From Dehalococcoidia bacterium (GTDB lineage Bacteria > Chloroflexota > Dehalococcoidia > Lucifugimonadales > UBA3495), in assembly GCA_030740155.1 (NCBI GenBank), contig JASLXV010000062.1, forward strand, positions 1 through 60,029: a stretch of 60,029 nt of DNA, read 5' to 3'. A model generated the notes under the pieces. That model did no database searches, was not told the origin of the DNA, and was given only the letters and a program-made list of their open reading frames with translations. A program made the position numbers and the translations under genes. This document shows positions 9,407 to 18,792 of the stretch, piece after piece; position 1 is the first letter of the stretch; every line of letters begins with the position of its first letter.

Positions 9407-10720
9407 TCACCTCAATGTAGCGAGATCGACATTCTCCGTCCGCTTGAATCCCCGCTCCGGGACGACAGGGTCTTTCTCGAAGAGCTTGGCAAACCGCTGC
9501 CGCACTGGACGAGGGTCAAACTGGAAACGGTAATATGTGGAGTCGGGCACCGTTGCCTCCAGAATCTCGTAGTCGGTGGTTCCCAGGCCATTGCGCACGG
9601 CGGAGTTGATTTGCAGGCTGTCGCTGGCGCCCACCGCCGAGGAGATGGCGGCGAACTTGGGAACGCCGGGGGCCAGAACGCCGGCTTCGTGGGCCTTGGA
9701 CCCAACAACCCCCGGAGAGTCGTTGACCATGTCCCGGCAGGCGGTGTCGATGGCTACGGGGTCGCGGCTGGCGAAGACGCCGATGTTGGGAACGAAGGCC
9801 CGGTCGCTCCACATGACACAGTCGCACCCGGGGGAGGCGTCGATGGCCATGTTGATGAAGCCCACCTTATCGGAGCCCACCGTTTTAACCACTGCCAGGG
9901 CACCGTCTGCCATGGCGGCGGCGGCGCCATCGATGTTGCCCAACGGCCGGGTCAACACCCCACAGGTAACTACGTTGTTGCACGCCTGGCAGTTGATGCA
10001 GGCCTCGGCGCGCCAGTCTATCGTGTGGTCGGTGACGTTGAACAGCCCCAAGGGGCAGCAGTCTTCACAGATCTGCCACTGGGCACAGGCGTGGCCGATG
10101 CACAGGTGGGGGTTGAACTCCGAGAGGTGCAGTCCCCACTTGGGGTGCTTCGACTGGTGCACGTTGAGCTTGCCCCGCTTTGACTGCCCGCCGATGCCCA
10201 GGTTCTTGATGGCCCCGCCAAACACACCGGTCATGTGGCCCTTGAAATGGCTGAGAACGATAACAACGTCGGCCATTGCCAAAGCCTTGGCGATGTAGGT
10301 CTCTTTGATAACCGTGCCTTCGGGCAGGTCGACGAGTTGGTCGTCGGTGCCGAAGAAGCCATCGGCGACGATGAAAGGGCAACCCAACGTTGCGGAGCTG
10401 TACCCGTTCCGCTCCGCCGTAAGCAGCTCGTCCATGGCGGTCACCCTTCCCGCGAAAGGGTTGTAGGTCAGAGTCGTGGTGTCGCATACGAAGGGCCGGC
10501 CACCCAGGCTCTTGATCTTGTCCGCCAGGGCTCGCGCGTAGACCGGCCGGAGATAGCCGGTGTTGTTGTATTCCCCGCAATGAAGCTTGATGGCCACGAC
10601 ATCGTAGGGTTTTATCATCTCACCCAGTCCGGCGGCGTCGAAGACGGCCAGCATCTTTGCCACCAGGGTGCTGTCGGGGCCTGTTGAGCGGTCGCTCATG
10701 AAATAGACCTTAGATGCCAT
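9407..10720 (-). CDS. DUF362 protein with ferredoxin-like Fe-S insert
   Basis: VAIKLHCGE, SHFKGH...GGAIKNLG, Cys clusters (CIGHACAQWQICEDCCP; CINCQAC), PGCDC, DPVAID. Confidence 0.9.
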   Translation of the reverse strand: MASKVYFMSDRSTGPDSTLVAKMLAVFDAAGLGEMIKPYDVVAIKLHCGEYNNTGYLRPVYARALADKIKSLGGRPFVCDTTTLTYNPFAGRVTAMDELLTAERNGYSSATLGCPFIVADGFFGTDDQLVDLPEGTVIKETYIAKALAMADVVIVLSHFKGHMTGVFGGAIKNLGIGGQSKRGKLNVHQSKHPKWGLHLSEFNPHLCIGHACAQWQICEDCCPLGLFNVTDHTIDWRAEACINCQACNNVVTCGVLTRPLGNIDGAAAAMADGALAVVKTVGSDKVGFINMAIDASPGCDCVMWSDRAFVPNIGVFASRDPVAIDTACRDMVNDSPGVVGSKAHEAGVLAPGVPKFAAISSAVGASDSLQINSAVRNGLGTTDYEILEATVPDSTYYRFQFDPRPVRQRFAKLFEKDPVVPERGFKRTENVDLATLR

Positions 10721-11247
10721 TACAAGACCTCCGTGGGAAAATATTGCTCACCGTTGGTCGAATTCGGAAATGGTTCCTAGTTGCAAGCTAGACTATACAA
10801 CTTTTGCACGCGCAGTTCCAGTACCGGCCTGCCGCCGCGTTGACACTCCCGGCTCGCCGAAGCTATGCTGGCCCCGGGCCGGAGGCAGCCGTAACTCGGC
10901 AGCCCCGGGGTGACTACCCCTGACCTTCCCCCTTGCGAAAGAGGAGAGTGAGAGGGGGTCTCCGCACCAGAGCACCCTGAAGATAGTTGTGGTCGTCGCT
11001 CCGAGAATGCTGCTCTGAGCGAGGGCTTCGGCGGCACATGATCGGAGAGGATAGCATACGCCGGTCCGCCGCTGGCAACCGTCACGCAGATTAACGCACG
11101 TCGGTCCCGTTCGAGATGGCGACAACTTTGGTTCGGTGGCGCCTCCTCGGCGTCTGATCGGCTCGCGAGAGGCGGGAGGGCCCGGGTCTTGGCTCGAACT
11201 CCGCCTGTTTTAAGATAGGAATTCAATTGTATGAAGAGGAGTGACAC

Positions 11248-12078
11248 ATGTTCTACGACACTTCACGGTTCCAAGAGAAGCTCGAAGGTGGCCGAGACGA
11301 CCGGACCCACGGGATCGTGGTGATCACCCCATCGGAGTCCCGCCGGCTCCTCGCCAAGGGTGTGCTGGCGCTGCCGGAGGTGCAACGAAGCTTGAAGGAC
11401 GGACTCTTCGTGATCTGCAGGGGAATCACCACGGCTTTCGTCGCGGAAGAGGTGCTCGGCGACACCCTAAACAAGCCCAACTGCACCGCCGGAATAGTCA
11501 CCGATGGCCGGCTGGCGTCCACGCTGCCGGAGGAGGGGCAGGGCCCCTGGGTGTTCCGGGACGGCGACCTGACGCCGGACGGCTTCGACCAGGCCCTAAA
11601 GGACCTGACGGCGACGGATGTTGTGGTGAAGGGCGTGAACGCGGTAGACGCCGAGGGGAACGTGGGAGTAATCGCCGCCAATTGGTTCGGTGGGACCATC
11701 GGCGCCGTGTGGCCGACGGTAACGGCCCGGGGAACCAACTTCGTCATTCCGGTCGGCCTCGAAAAGCTCATTCCCTCGGTCAATGAGGCAGTCCAGAAGT
11801 GCGGGCAAGGAATGTTCAAGTATGTTATGGGGGCCAAGATCGGCCTGATGCCGGTGATGCAAGGGCTCGTGGTGACGGAGATCGAGGCCTTGGCGATGTT
11901 AACCGGCGTCAGCGCCACCCACGTCGCCTCGGGGGGCGTAGGCGGCTCCGAGGGCAGCGTTATCATCAGCCTGGAGGGCAGCGATGAAACGGTGAAGCGG
12001 GCCTTCGAGCTGGTGAAGAGCATCAAGGGCGAGCCGCCGGTCCCGCAACCCAACCTGCTGCCTGCGCTTATCTCGTAG
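11248..12078 (+). CDS. Conserved hypothetical protein
   Basis: GAGGAG RBS, GC3-rich codons, motifs ITPSESRRLLAKG, GITTAFVAEE, KGVNAVD, PVGLEKL, ASGGVGGSEG. Confidence 0.8.
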   Translation: MFYDTSRFQEKLEGGRDDRTHGIVVITPSESRRLLAKGVLALPEVQRSLKDGLFVICRGITTAFVAEEVLGDTLNKPNCTAGIVTDGRLASTLPEEGQGPWVFRDGDLTPDGFDQALKDLTATDVVVKGVNAVDAEGNVGVIAANWFGGTIGAVWPTVTARGTNFVIPVGLEKLIPSVNEAVQKCGQGMFKYVMGAKIGLMPVMQGLVVTEIEALAMLTGVSATHVASGGVGGSEGSVIISLEGSDETVKRAFELVKSIKGEPPVPQPNLLPALIS

Positions 12079-12197
12079 GAGCGCCTCGGTCCTCGCCGCC
12101 GGGCCGGCATCAACTTGCGCTGACCGTAGCATCCGGTCGGCGCAAGCGTGGCATTTCATCCAGGGGCCGCCGGCGATGGCGGCGCAATCCGCGAACC

Positions 12198-12623
12198 TCA
12201 GCGCTGCGGCATTGAACTGCGGGCGACAACGATGCACAAGAGCACCGACAGGAGCGCGACCGGCCCGTTCAGGAACCGTTCCCAGTCACTCGACGAGGCG
12301 AAGTTCCCGAGGGCGCTCACCGCCAGAATGGCGACGATCACCCACGTGCCCCAGCGTAAGACGCCGGCCGGGACAGCGACCACCCGGTAGCCGGCGCGGC
12401 CAAGAACTACGATCGCGCCGGCCAGGAGCAGCACTGCCGAGAGGGCGCTCGCCGCCCGGAGCCCTGACGAGAGGTCAGCGTGCGCACCACCCCACGCGGC
12501 CGACAGCCCCCAGGTGCCGCCGAGGGCCCAGAAAACCTGGAAGGCTGCGACGACGGTGAAAACGCTTGCGGCCGTGGCCGAGGCGGGACGAACTACGCCG
12601 GCGCCGAGGCTTGGGAGACTCAT
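12198..12623 (-). CDS. Small membrane protein (DUF3995-like)
   Basis: Four hydrophobic segments, FWALGGTWG, NFASSSDWER; 4-nt overlap with upstream gene. Confidence 0.7.
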   Translation of the reverse strand: MSLPSLGAGVVRPASATAASVFTVVAAFQVFWALGGTWGLSAAWGGAHADLSSGLRAASALSAVLLLAGAIVVLGRAGYRVVAVPAGVLRWGTWVIVAILAVSALGNFASSSDWERFLNGPVALLSVLLCIVVARSSMPQR

Positions 12624-13117
12624 TTCACTTTATCCCGCTTGTCCAGGTAGTCGTCCCACCAATGCTCCTGCCAATCCGGCGACTCGTCCGATTTGGCCCT
12701 GATGTCCATTATCTGGTCCAGGGTGAAGCGGACCAGTTCAGCGCAGCGGCGGGGCCGCTCCGGGTTGGCGAAGTCATCGACCCATTCGGCGGTCAGATCT
12801 CCGCACTGAGTCGTCCCGAACTCTTCTCGAAACCGGTCCAGGACCGCTTTGGTCCTGGCGTAGGCCGGGCGTGGAGCGGTGCCGGTGGGCTCCGTGCTCC
12901 CGTAGGCCAGCCCCATCGCCATCGCCGCCGACGTCAGGCTACCGCAGATGTTCTTGGACAGGGCGACGCCTCCGCCGAAGGAGACCGCGGCCCGGACCAG
13001 GTCCTCAGGAATATCCCAACCCTGCTCCTTGAGTCCAAGGAGCACGGCCTGCGCTCAATTGTATTTCCCGGTGAAGAAGAGGTTCACCGCCTTGTCGTGT
13101 CGCTGCCCTTCGGTCAT
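12620..13117 (-). CDS. C-GCAxxG-C-C family selenoprotein (Sec21 at in-frame TGA 13055-13057)
   Basis: GGAGG RBS then MTEG...GKYN-TGA-AQAVL (family consensus YNCAQ), FGGG, ICGSLTSA, TQC, RRC; downstream hairpin. Confidence 0.85.
13023..13044 (-). promoter_or_regulatory. SECIS-like hairpin
   Basis: TGCTCCTTG-GACT-CAAGGAGCA, loop begins 19 nt after the UGA. Confidence 0.7.
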
Positions 13118-13406
13118 TGACCACCTCCATGGATTTGCTGAGTGCGGTCGCCCCGGCGCTCCATGCCCGTTGCTTCGTGCCCCGTTGTTTTGTGAAAGTA
13201 TAAACGAAAACCCGCGGCCCTGCTTGTGCGGGAGCCGGGCTTGCCGGGAGATAGCGTCTGATTCTTTGTCTTTTTGGGATGTTGCATACGACTTTGTCGT
13301 TCCGGATTCATGACGCGAATGCCTTGCATTCACGCGGGTTCGATTGACTTGCTGGGGTGCCCATGTTATAGACGCTCAGGTGACATCCGGATAGTGAGGT
13401 GCAGCT

Positions 13407-14096
13407 ATGACGTTCTCAATTACCGCTCGATGCGAACAAACGGGAAGGCTGGGCATCGCGGTGGCCACTCACTCGTTGGCCACGGGTTCCCGCGTCCCCC
13501 ATATCAAGGCCAGAGCGGGGGCTGTTGCCAGCCAATCCAGCTCCAACCCTCGCTTGGGAGTGCTTGCCCTGCAACTGCTCGGCATGGGCTACGCTGCCCC
13601 CAAGGTCGTAGAGGAGATGAAGGCCGCCGACTTCAACCCTGAGCACCGGCAATTTGTCGTCGTGGATAAGGACGGGCACGCGGCAGCCTATTCCGGGCCC
13701 TTGGCCCGAGAGTGGAAGGGAGTCCACGTCGGTGATGGGTACGCCGCCGCCGGCAACACCCTCAGCGGTCCCCGCGTGATCGAAGAGATGGCCCGAGCAT
13801 TCGAGGCGGGCGTCGGCGAGGAGCTGGAGGAGCGCCTGCTTCGAGCCATCGAAGCCGGGCGTGACGCGGGGGGTCAAGACGCGGGGCAGCGCTCGGCCTG
13901 CCTCCTGACCTACGATTGGGATGTCTTCCCCTATCTTTCCCTGAGGGTGGATGTCCACGACCAGCCCGAGGCTGAGCTGCGCCGTATCTTCGAGTTCTAC
14001 AAGCCCTATATCCCCTACTACAACATCCGTCCTGCGGCTTCCCAACTGGACCAGGCCGATAAGTGGGTGGCACAGCGTGAGACGCCGGGGTCTTGA
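13407..14096 (+). CDS. DUF1028 (Ntn-hydrolase-like) protein
   Basis: MTFSITAR, GAVASQ, AAGN, AGG...RSA, LRVDVHDQP. Confidence 0.9.
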   Translation: MTFSITARCEQTGRLGIAVATHSLATGSRVPHIKARAGAVASQSSSNPRLGVLALQLLGMGYAAPKVVEEMKAADFNPEHRQFVVVDKDGHAAAYSGPLAREWKGVHVGDGYAAAGNTLSGPRVIEEMARAFEAGVGEELEERLLRAIEAGRDAGGQDAGQRSACLLTYDWDVFPYLSLRVDVHDQPEAELRRIFEFYKPYIPYYNIRPAASQLDQADKWVAQRETPGS

Positions 14097-14226
14097 CCGG
14101 CAAACCAACCCGGCTTGCGCTGCCCCGACGGCTCCACTAGACTTGGTGGCGACCAGCGGGACAGGCCCGGATATCCCCAAGATTTGCGGCGGCCCGGCAG
14201 GCCGTTCAACGCAGGAGGTATGACTC

Positions 14227-15276
14227 ATGGGCGACAAGATAGGGATGATCGGCGTCGGCGCCGTAGGCAGCTACGTGGCCGCTCTTCTGACCCAAGCGGG
14301 CGAGGACGTGACCATCATCGATATGTGGGCGGAGCACGTTGAGGCCATGAGGCATCAAGGCCTCCGGCTCAGCAGCGATGAGCTGAACTTTACCGTTCCG
14401 GTCAAGGCGATGCACCTCTCCGACGCCCAGGGCATTCGGGACCCTTTCGATTTCGCGATTATCACGGCGAAATCCTATGATACCGAGTGGGTGACCCACT
14501 TCATCAAGCGGTTCGTCAAACCCGAGGGGTACTTCGTCTCGATCCAGAACTGCTGGAACGATCCGGTTATCGGCGGCATCGTGGGCAGCGACCGGGAGAT
14601 CGGCTGCGTAGCTTCTTCCATCAGCGTGGCGCTGTGGGAGCCCGGCCACGTCGAGCGGGGCGGCCCGAGGGGCCACGACTCGGGGCATACCGTCTTTCGG
14701 ACCGGGGAGCAGGACGGCCGGATCACCCCCCGGACGGAGAACCTGGCGCGGATCCTGAACCAGGTTGATGCCGCCTACGCCACCGACAATTTGTGGGGCG
14801 AACGCTGGAGCAAGCTTTGCACCAACGCGATGGCCAACGCTCCGGCCTCCATCTCCGGAATGTGGTCTCAGGAGATGGCCGCGAGTTCCCAGTGCCGGTT
14901 GTTACGAATTCACCTCGGCAAGGAGACGGCCCAGGTGGGCCTGGCGATGGGGCTGAACGTGGTGGAAGTCAGCGGCCAGTCGGCCAAGGTGTGGGCCGAG
15001 GCCGACAAGGGCGACGTGTTCGAAGAGCTGGACGCTCACATGGCCGCCCGCGGGGGCCGGTCCAATTGGCCGCCCTCCATGGCCCAGGACGTGAAGAAGG
15101 GACGCCGGTCCGAGATCGACCAGATGAACGCCTTCGTGGCCGGCAAAGGCCGGGAGGTGTCGGTGCCGACGCCCTTCACCGACGCTCTGGTCGACGCCAT
15201 GCACGGCATCGACGACGGGTCGCTGACGCCGGGCCAGGCCACCCTGGACCGAGTCCTAAGGGCCGCCGGCCGGTAA
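14227..15276 (+). CDS. Ketopantoate reductase (PanE/ApbA) family oxidoreductase
   Basis: GVGAVG, KSYDT, SIQN, RWSKLCTN, SMAQDVKKGRRSEID. Confidence 0.9.
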   Translation: MGDKIGMIGVGAVGSYVAALLTQAGEDVTIIDMWAEHVEAMRHQGLRLSSDELNFTVPVKAMHLSDAQGIRDPFDFAIITAKSYDTEWVTHFIKRFVKPEGYFVSIQNCWNDPVIGGIVGSDREIGCVASSISVALWEPGHVERGGPRGHDSGHTVFRTGEQDGRITPRTENLARILNQVDAAYATDNLWGERWSKLCTNAMANAPASISGMWSQEMAASSQCRLLRIHLGKETAQVGLAMGLNVVEVSGQSAKVWAEADKGDVFEELDAHMAARGGRSNWPPSMAQDVKKGRRSEIDQMNAFVAGKGREVSVPTPFTDALVDAMHGIDDGSLTPGQATLDRVLRAAGR

Positions 15277-15342
15277 CCCGGCCGGAGGTTTGGGCCGGGG
15301 GTTTCGACCCTCATCCTAGCCGTCCCTGTTTGCCTTAAGACT

Positions 15343-15411
15343 GTCATTCCGAGGAGCGAAGCGACGAGGAATCTCACTTTTCCCCTGAGATTCTTCGCTT
15401 CGCTCGGAAAG
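15343..15411. repeat. Palindromic repeat family GTCATTCCGAGGAGCGAAGCGACGAGGAATCT (also about 20810-20870, 31018-31143, 33665-33735)
   Basis: Recurring intergenic inverted-repeat element. Confidence 0.75.
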
Positions 15412-15439
15412 ACAATTTGTAGGTCTAAGTTGATTGAGG

Positions 15440-15814
15440 CTAGCTGGAAATCAAGACCTCGTCGCCGTCCCAAGAGAAGCTGACCTCCAGGCCTTCTTCG
15501 GCCGATATCTGCTCCATGTAGTCGAAGACCTCTTGGGCCCGCGCGTCCGCCCTGGTCAGCACCTCAGGCTCCAGGTTGGGAGTGATGTAGGCCGGAATGT
15601 AGGTCACCTTCTGAATCTGCTTGTCCGGAATGTAGGCCTTGGCGATCATGGTCCTTAGGGCCTCGGGGTGGAAGCCGTGCTTCTCATAGCCGGGGGGCTG
15701 CTTCAACCGGAAGTAGTACCTCTTCAAACGCCCGCCCTTCCACTCGTAATCCCCCGCCGGCCGCGTACTGGAGATTTCCAAGGTGTGCTCCAGGGCGAAG
15801 TTGCCCAGGCCGGA
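15440..15814 (-). pseudogene. 5'-truncated CapA-family (metallophosphatase-like) C-terminal fragment
   Basis: GLGNF motif followed by FHPEALRTMIAK...QEVFDYMEQIS...WDGDEVLI; no N-terminal two thirds. Confidence 0.6.
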
Positions 15815-16012
15815 CGTGAGTGTAGCACACCATTCAGGGCTATCGAACGCTCGAGTACGCTCCCCGAGGCCGAAGACATGGCCGCCCAGTCTAATTGGTG
15901 CCGCTTTTCATGTCATACCGGCCGGCCCGCACCTCGACGCTGAGGGTCAACAGGGTATAATCCCGGAACAGGCCGGTTCCACCCAATCCTAATTCACTCG
16001 CAGGAGGACGCA

Positions 16013-17383
16013 ATGCCCGCATCAGAGCAAGAGGTCACCCGGGAACTGGCCCGGTATGCCGCCGGGGTCCGGTTCGAAGACCTTCCCCTCGAGGCGGTCC
16101 GTTTGACCCGGAGCTGTATCCTCCACCAATTGGGCGCAACGATGCTGGGCTCCACCATGCCCTGGACTCAGCCCTTTCATCGCTACATCCAGGAGTACGG
16201 CGGCCGGCCGGAGGGCACCATCGCCAACCACGGGACCCGGGTCGCCGCTCAGGATGCCGCCCTAGTCAACTCCACCTTCGCCGCGGGGAGCGGCATGGAG
16301 GACGGCTACCAGACGGCTCCCGGGAGTGCCGGCGGTGTCACCGTCCCCGTGGCTCTGGCTCTGGCGGAAAAGGCGCCCCTCTCCGGCAAACAGGTCATCG
16401 GCGCCGTGGCCCTGGGCTACGACCTCATGTGGCGTCTCCAGAACGCCATGATGCCGTCTATTATCCTGCGGGGTTTCCATCCTCCTAGCGTGTGTGGCGT
16501 GTTCGTCGCCACCGCCGTGGCGGGCCGGCTGGGGGGCCTGGGCGAGGAGGACATGGCCACCGCCCTGGGCATCGCCGCCAGCCATGCGGCGGGGACCCTG
16601 GAGTTCGACCAAACGGGCGGCGACGTCAACATAGTGCATCGGGGCCTGGCGGCGCGCCACGGTATCCAGTCGGTCCTACTGACGCGCCTGGGGGTAACTT
16701 CGCCGCGCACCCCTCTCGAGGGCAAACGGGGTATCTGCCACACCTATGCCGACACCGCCAACTGGGACGTGCTGTTCCAGGGGCTGGGCGAGGACTTCAA
16801 GGTACTCGACGTCTGCTTCCGCCAGTATCCCCTGGGCCCCATGGAGGCCCCGCTGAACACGTTCGTCAATCTGGTGGAAGAGCACAACGTGACGGCGGAC
16901 CAGGTGGAGGAGATACGCTTTCACCTTAGCTCCCACTTCCTCAGCCACGGCGCCTCCATCTATGAGCCCTGGGACCGGGTCTCCGCCCAGTGGAGCTTGG
17001 CCTTCTCCTGCGGCCTTCGCCTGGCGAAGGGGAGCAACGACCTGCCTCTATACGCTGATCCCAACCTGTGGAAAGATGAGGCCATCCTGGGCGTGGCCCG
17101 CAAGATGGTGGCTGAAGCCAACCCGGAGGCCGAGGGGCCACGACGCAAGCTCACCCGCCTCCAGCTTCGGCTGAAAGACGGCCGGGTGCTGGAGCGGACC
17201 CAGGAGGGCCCCAAAGGCTCGCCCCTCGATCCGATGAGCCCCGAGGAGTTGCGAGCGCGATTCCGCCACTCCTGCGCCTCGGTGCTCTCGCCCAAGCGGC
17301 AGGAGCAGGTCCTCGCCGTGGTGGACGGCCTGGAGAACGTCGACGACGTGAAGGAGCTACCCTCCCTGCTGGTGGCCGGCTGA
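16013..17383 (+). CDS. MmgE/PrpD family protein
   Basis: AALVNS, RGFHPPSVCG, ALGIAASHAAG, LEGKRG, AQWSLAF, PKGSP. Confidence 0.88.
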   Translation: MPASEQEVTRELARYAAGVRFEDLPLEAVRLTRSCILHQLGATMLGSTMPWTQPFHRYIQEYGGRPEGTIANHGTRVAAQDAALVNSTFAAGSGMEDGYQTAPGSAGGVTVPVALALAEKAPLSGKQVIGAVALGYDLMWRLQNAMMPSIILRGFHPPSVCGVFVATAVAGRLGGLGEEDMATALGIAASHAAGTLEFDQTGGDVNIVHRGLAARHGIQSVLLTRLGVTSPRTPLEGKRGICHTYADTANWDVLFQGLGEDFKVLDVCFRQYPLGPMEAPLNTFVNLVEEHNVTADQVEEIRFHLSSHFLSHGASIYEPWDRVSAQWSLAFSCGLRLAKGSNDLPLYADPNLWKDEAILGVARKMVAEANPEAEGPRRKLTRLQLRLKDGRVLERTQEGPKGSPLDPMSPEELRARFRHSCASVLSPKRQEQVLAVVDGLENVDDVKELPSLLVAG

Positions 17384-17460
17384 GCGGACCGGCGGGGAGT
17401 TGGGGCCCCGGCAGGGTTCATGCTTGGCGGTGAGTATGGACTAATAATCTATCCCCAGAG

Positions 17461-17528
17461 GTGGTTCGACAAGCTCACCACGAACGGAGCAGGAGCGCCT
17501 AGCCGTTCGTCCTGAGCCTGTCGAAGGA
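17461..17528. repeat. Palindromic repeat TTCGACAAGCTCACCACGAACG...CGTTCGTCCTGAGCCTGTCGAA (half copies at about 30957-30980 and 33325-33350; expanded copy at 45167-45370)
   Basis: Recurring intergenic inverted repeat. Confidence 0.75.
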
Positions 17529-17603
17529 CCGCTGGAGTCGGCACGTGAGGATCTGAGATAGCCGCTAAGCCGCCATTGGCCGAGCTTGGGCCGGTCCGTT
17601 CAA

Positions 17604-18575
17604 TCAACCGGACGCTTTCAGGCCGACGCCCACCCGAGGCAGCACGTCCCGGACAATCGCCTTCAGTTGCTCGTCCCGCTCCTCCGGTGGTGCAGGTATG
17701 GCGATGTTGATGTGGGTCATGCCCGCGTCGAGATAGGCTTGCAGTTTTTCCGCGCACTGTTCGGACGTGCCCACACACTGGAGGTGATCCGCCATTCCGG
17801 GGTTGGGGGGGTGTCCGTAGACCCTGGTGCGGTTGGCCGCGGTCCTCTCGATGGCTTCTTCCTTGCTGTCCGCCACGTAGATCCGGAGATTGCCCGCCGG
17901 AATCAGGGTGGACGGGTCCTTGCCGTACTTTTCGGCGTACTCCAGCGTGCGGGTCCACTCACGCTCGAACCGTGCGGGGCTGACGAAGGAGGAATACCAC
18001 CCCTGGCACAGCCTGGCCGTGCGCCGGGTTGCGGCCTCGGCCCTTCCCCGGTGGGCCAGCCAGAAGGGAGGTCCCCCGGGCTGAGCCGGTGCCGGCATCA
18101 TCGTGGCGTCCTGGATACTATAATACCGGCCTTCGTAATTTACCTTCTCTCCGCTCCACAAGAGGCGCATGATCTTCAGCGACTCGGCGGTGCGGCCGGC
18201 CCGCTCGCTCACCTTGACCCCGCAGGACTCGTACTCGTGCTGGTAGTCGCCGCCGACGGCCGGGAGCAGAAAGGTCCGCCCGTTGGAGATGTAGTCCAGG
18301 GTGGAGACCATCTTGGCGGTGATGGAGGGATGCCGCAGGGGTACCAGGAGTACCGTACCAACCTTGATCCGCTTGGTATTGGCCAGGACCAGCCCCATCA
18401 TGATAAGCGCATCAAGGGAGGGGTGCAGCCAGTACATATGGTCGTCGAGGGTGAGGAAATCGTACCCTTCCTCTTCGGCCCGGACGGCAGCCGCGATCGT
18501 CTCCTCAGCGCCCACCAGGCCGAGCGATGCTCCGCCGACGCCGGTCCCTATTTGTATCTTCCTGACTTCGGACAT
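17604..18575 (-). CDS. LLM-class flavin-dependent oxidoreductase
   Basis: DDH, KVGTVLLVPLRHP, TLDYISNGR, RAGRTAESL, YEGRYY. Confidence 0.92.
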   Translation of the reverse strand: MSEVRKIQIGTGVGGASLGLVGAEETIAAAVRAEEEGYDFLTLDDHMYWLHPSLDALIMMGLVLANTKRIKVGTVLLVPLRHPSITAKMVSTLDYISNGRTFLLPAVGGDYQHEYESCGVKVSERAGRTAESLKIMRLLWSGEKVNYEGRYYSIQDATMMPAPAQPGGPPFWLAHRGRAEAATRRTARLCQGWYSSFVSPARFEREWTRTLEYAEKYGKDPSTLIPAGNLRIYVADSKEEAIERTAANRTRVYGHPPNPGMADHLQCVGTSEQCAEKLQAYLDAGMTHINIAIPAPPEERDEQLKAIVRDVLPRVGVGLKASG

Positions 18576-18792
18576 TGGTCACCTCAATTAATCCCTCGTA
18601 AGGGGTGTAGTGCGGAAACCGGGGCAATCGCGACGGCGATTTGGGCGAATCCGTGGAAGGTCCCTAGATTACGCCGGCTCGTCAAAAGTATAATTCCTGA
18701 ATCGCTCCTGCCACCTGGTTCCTTCACCGCGGCGGCGGGTGCGAGTCCTCGCCATGGTGGACGGCCCGGAGGACGTGGACCCGCCTATTCAA

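Noticed and set aside
10721..11240. Moco/Wco riboswitch upstream of the DUF362-AOR operon
   Set aside because: No recognisable consensus by eye; an Infernal/Rfam scan would settle it.
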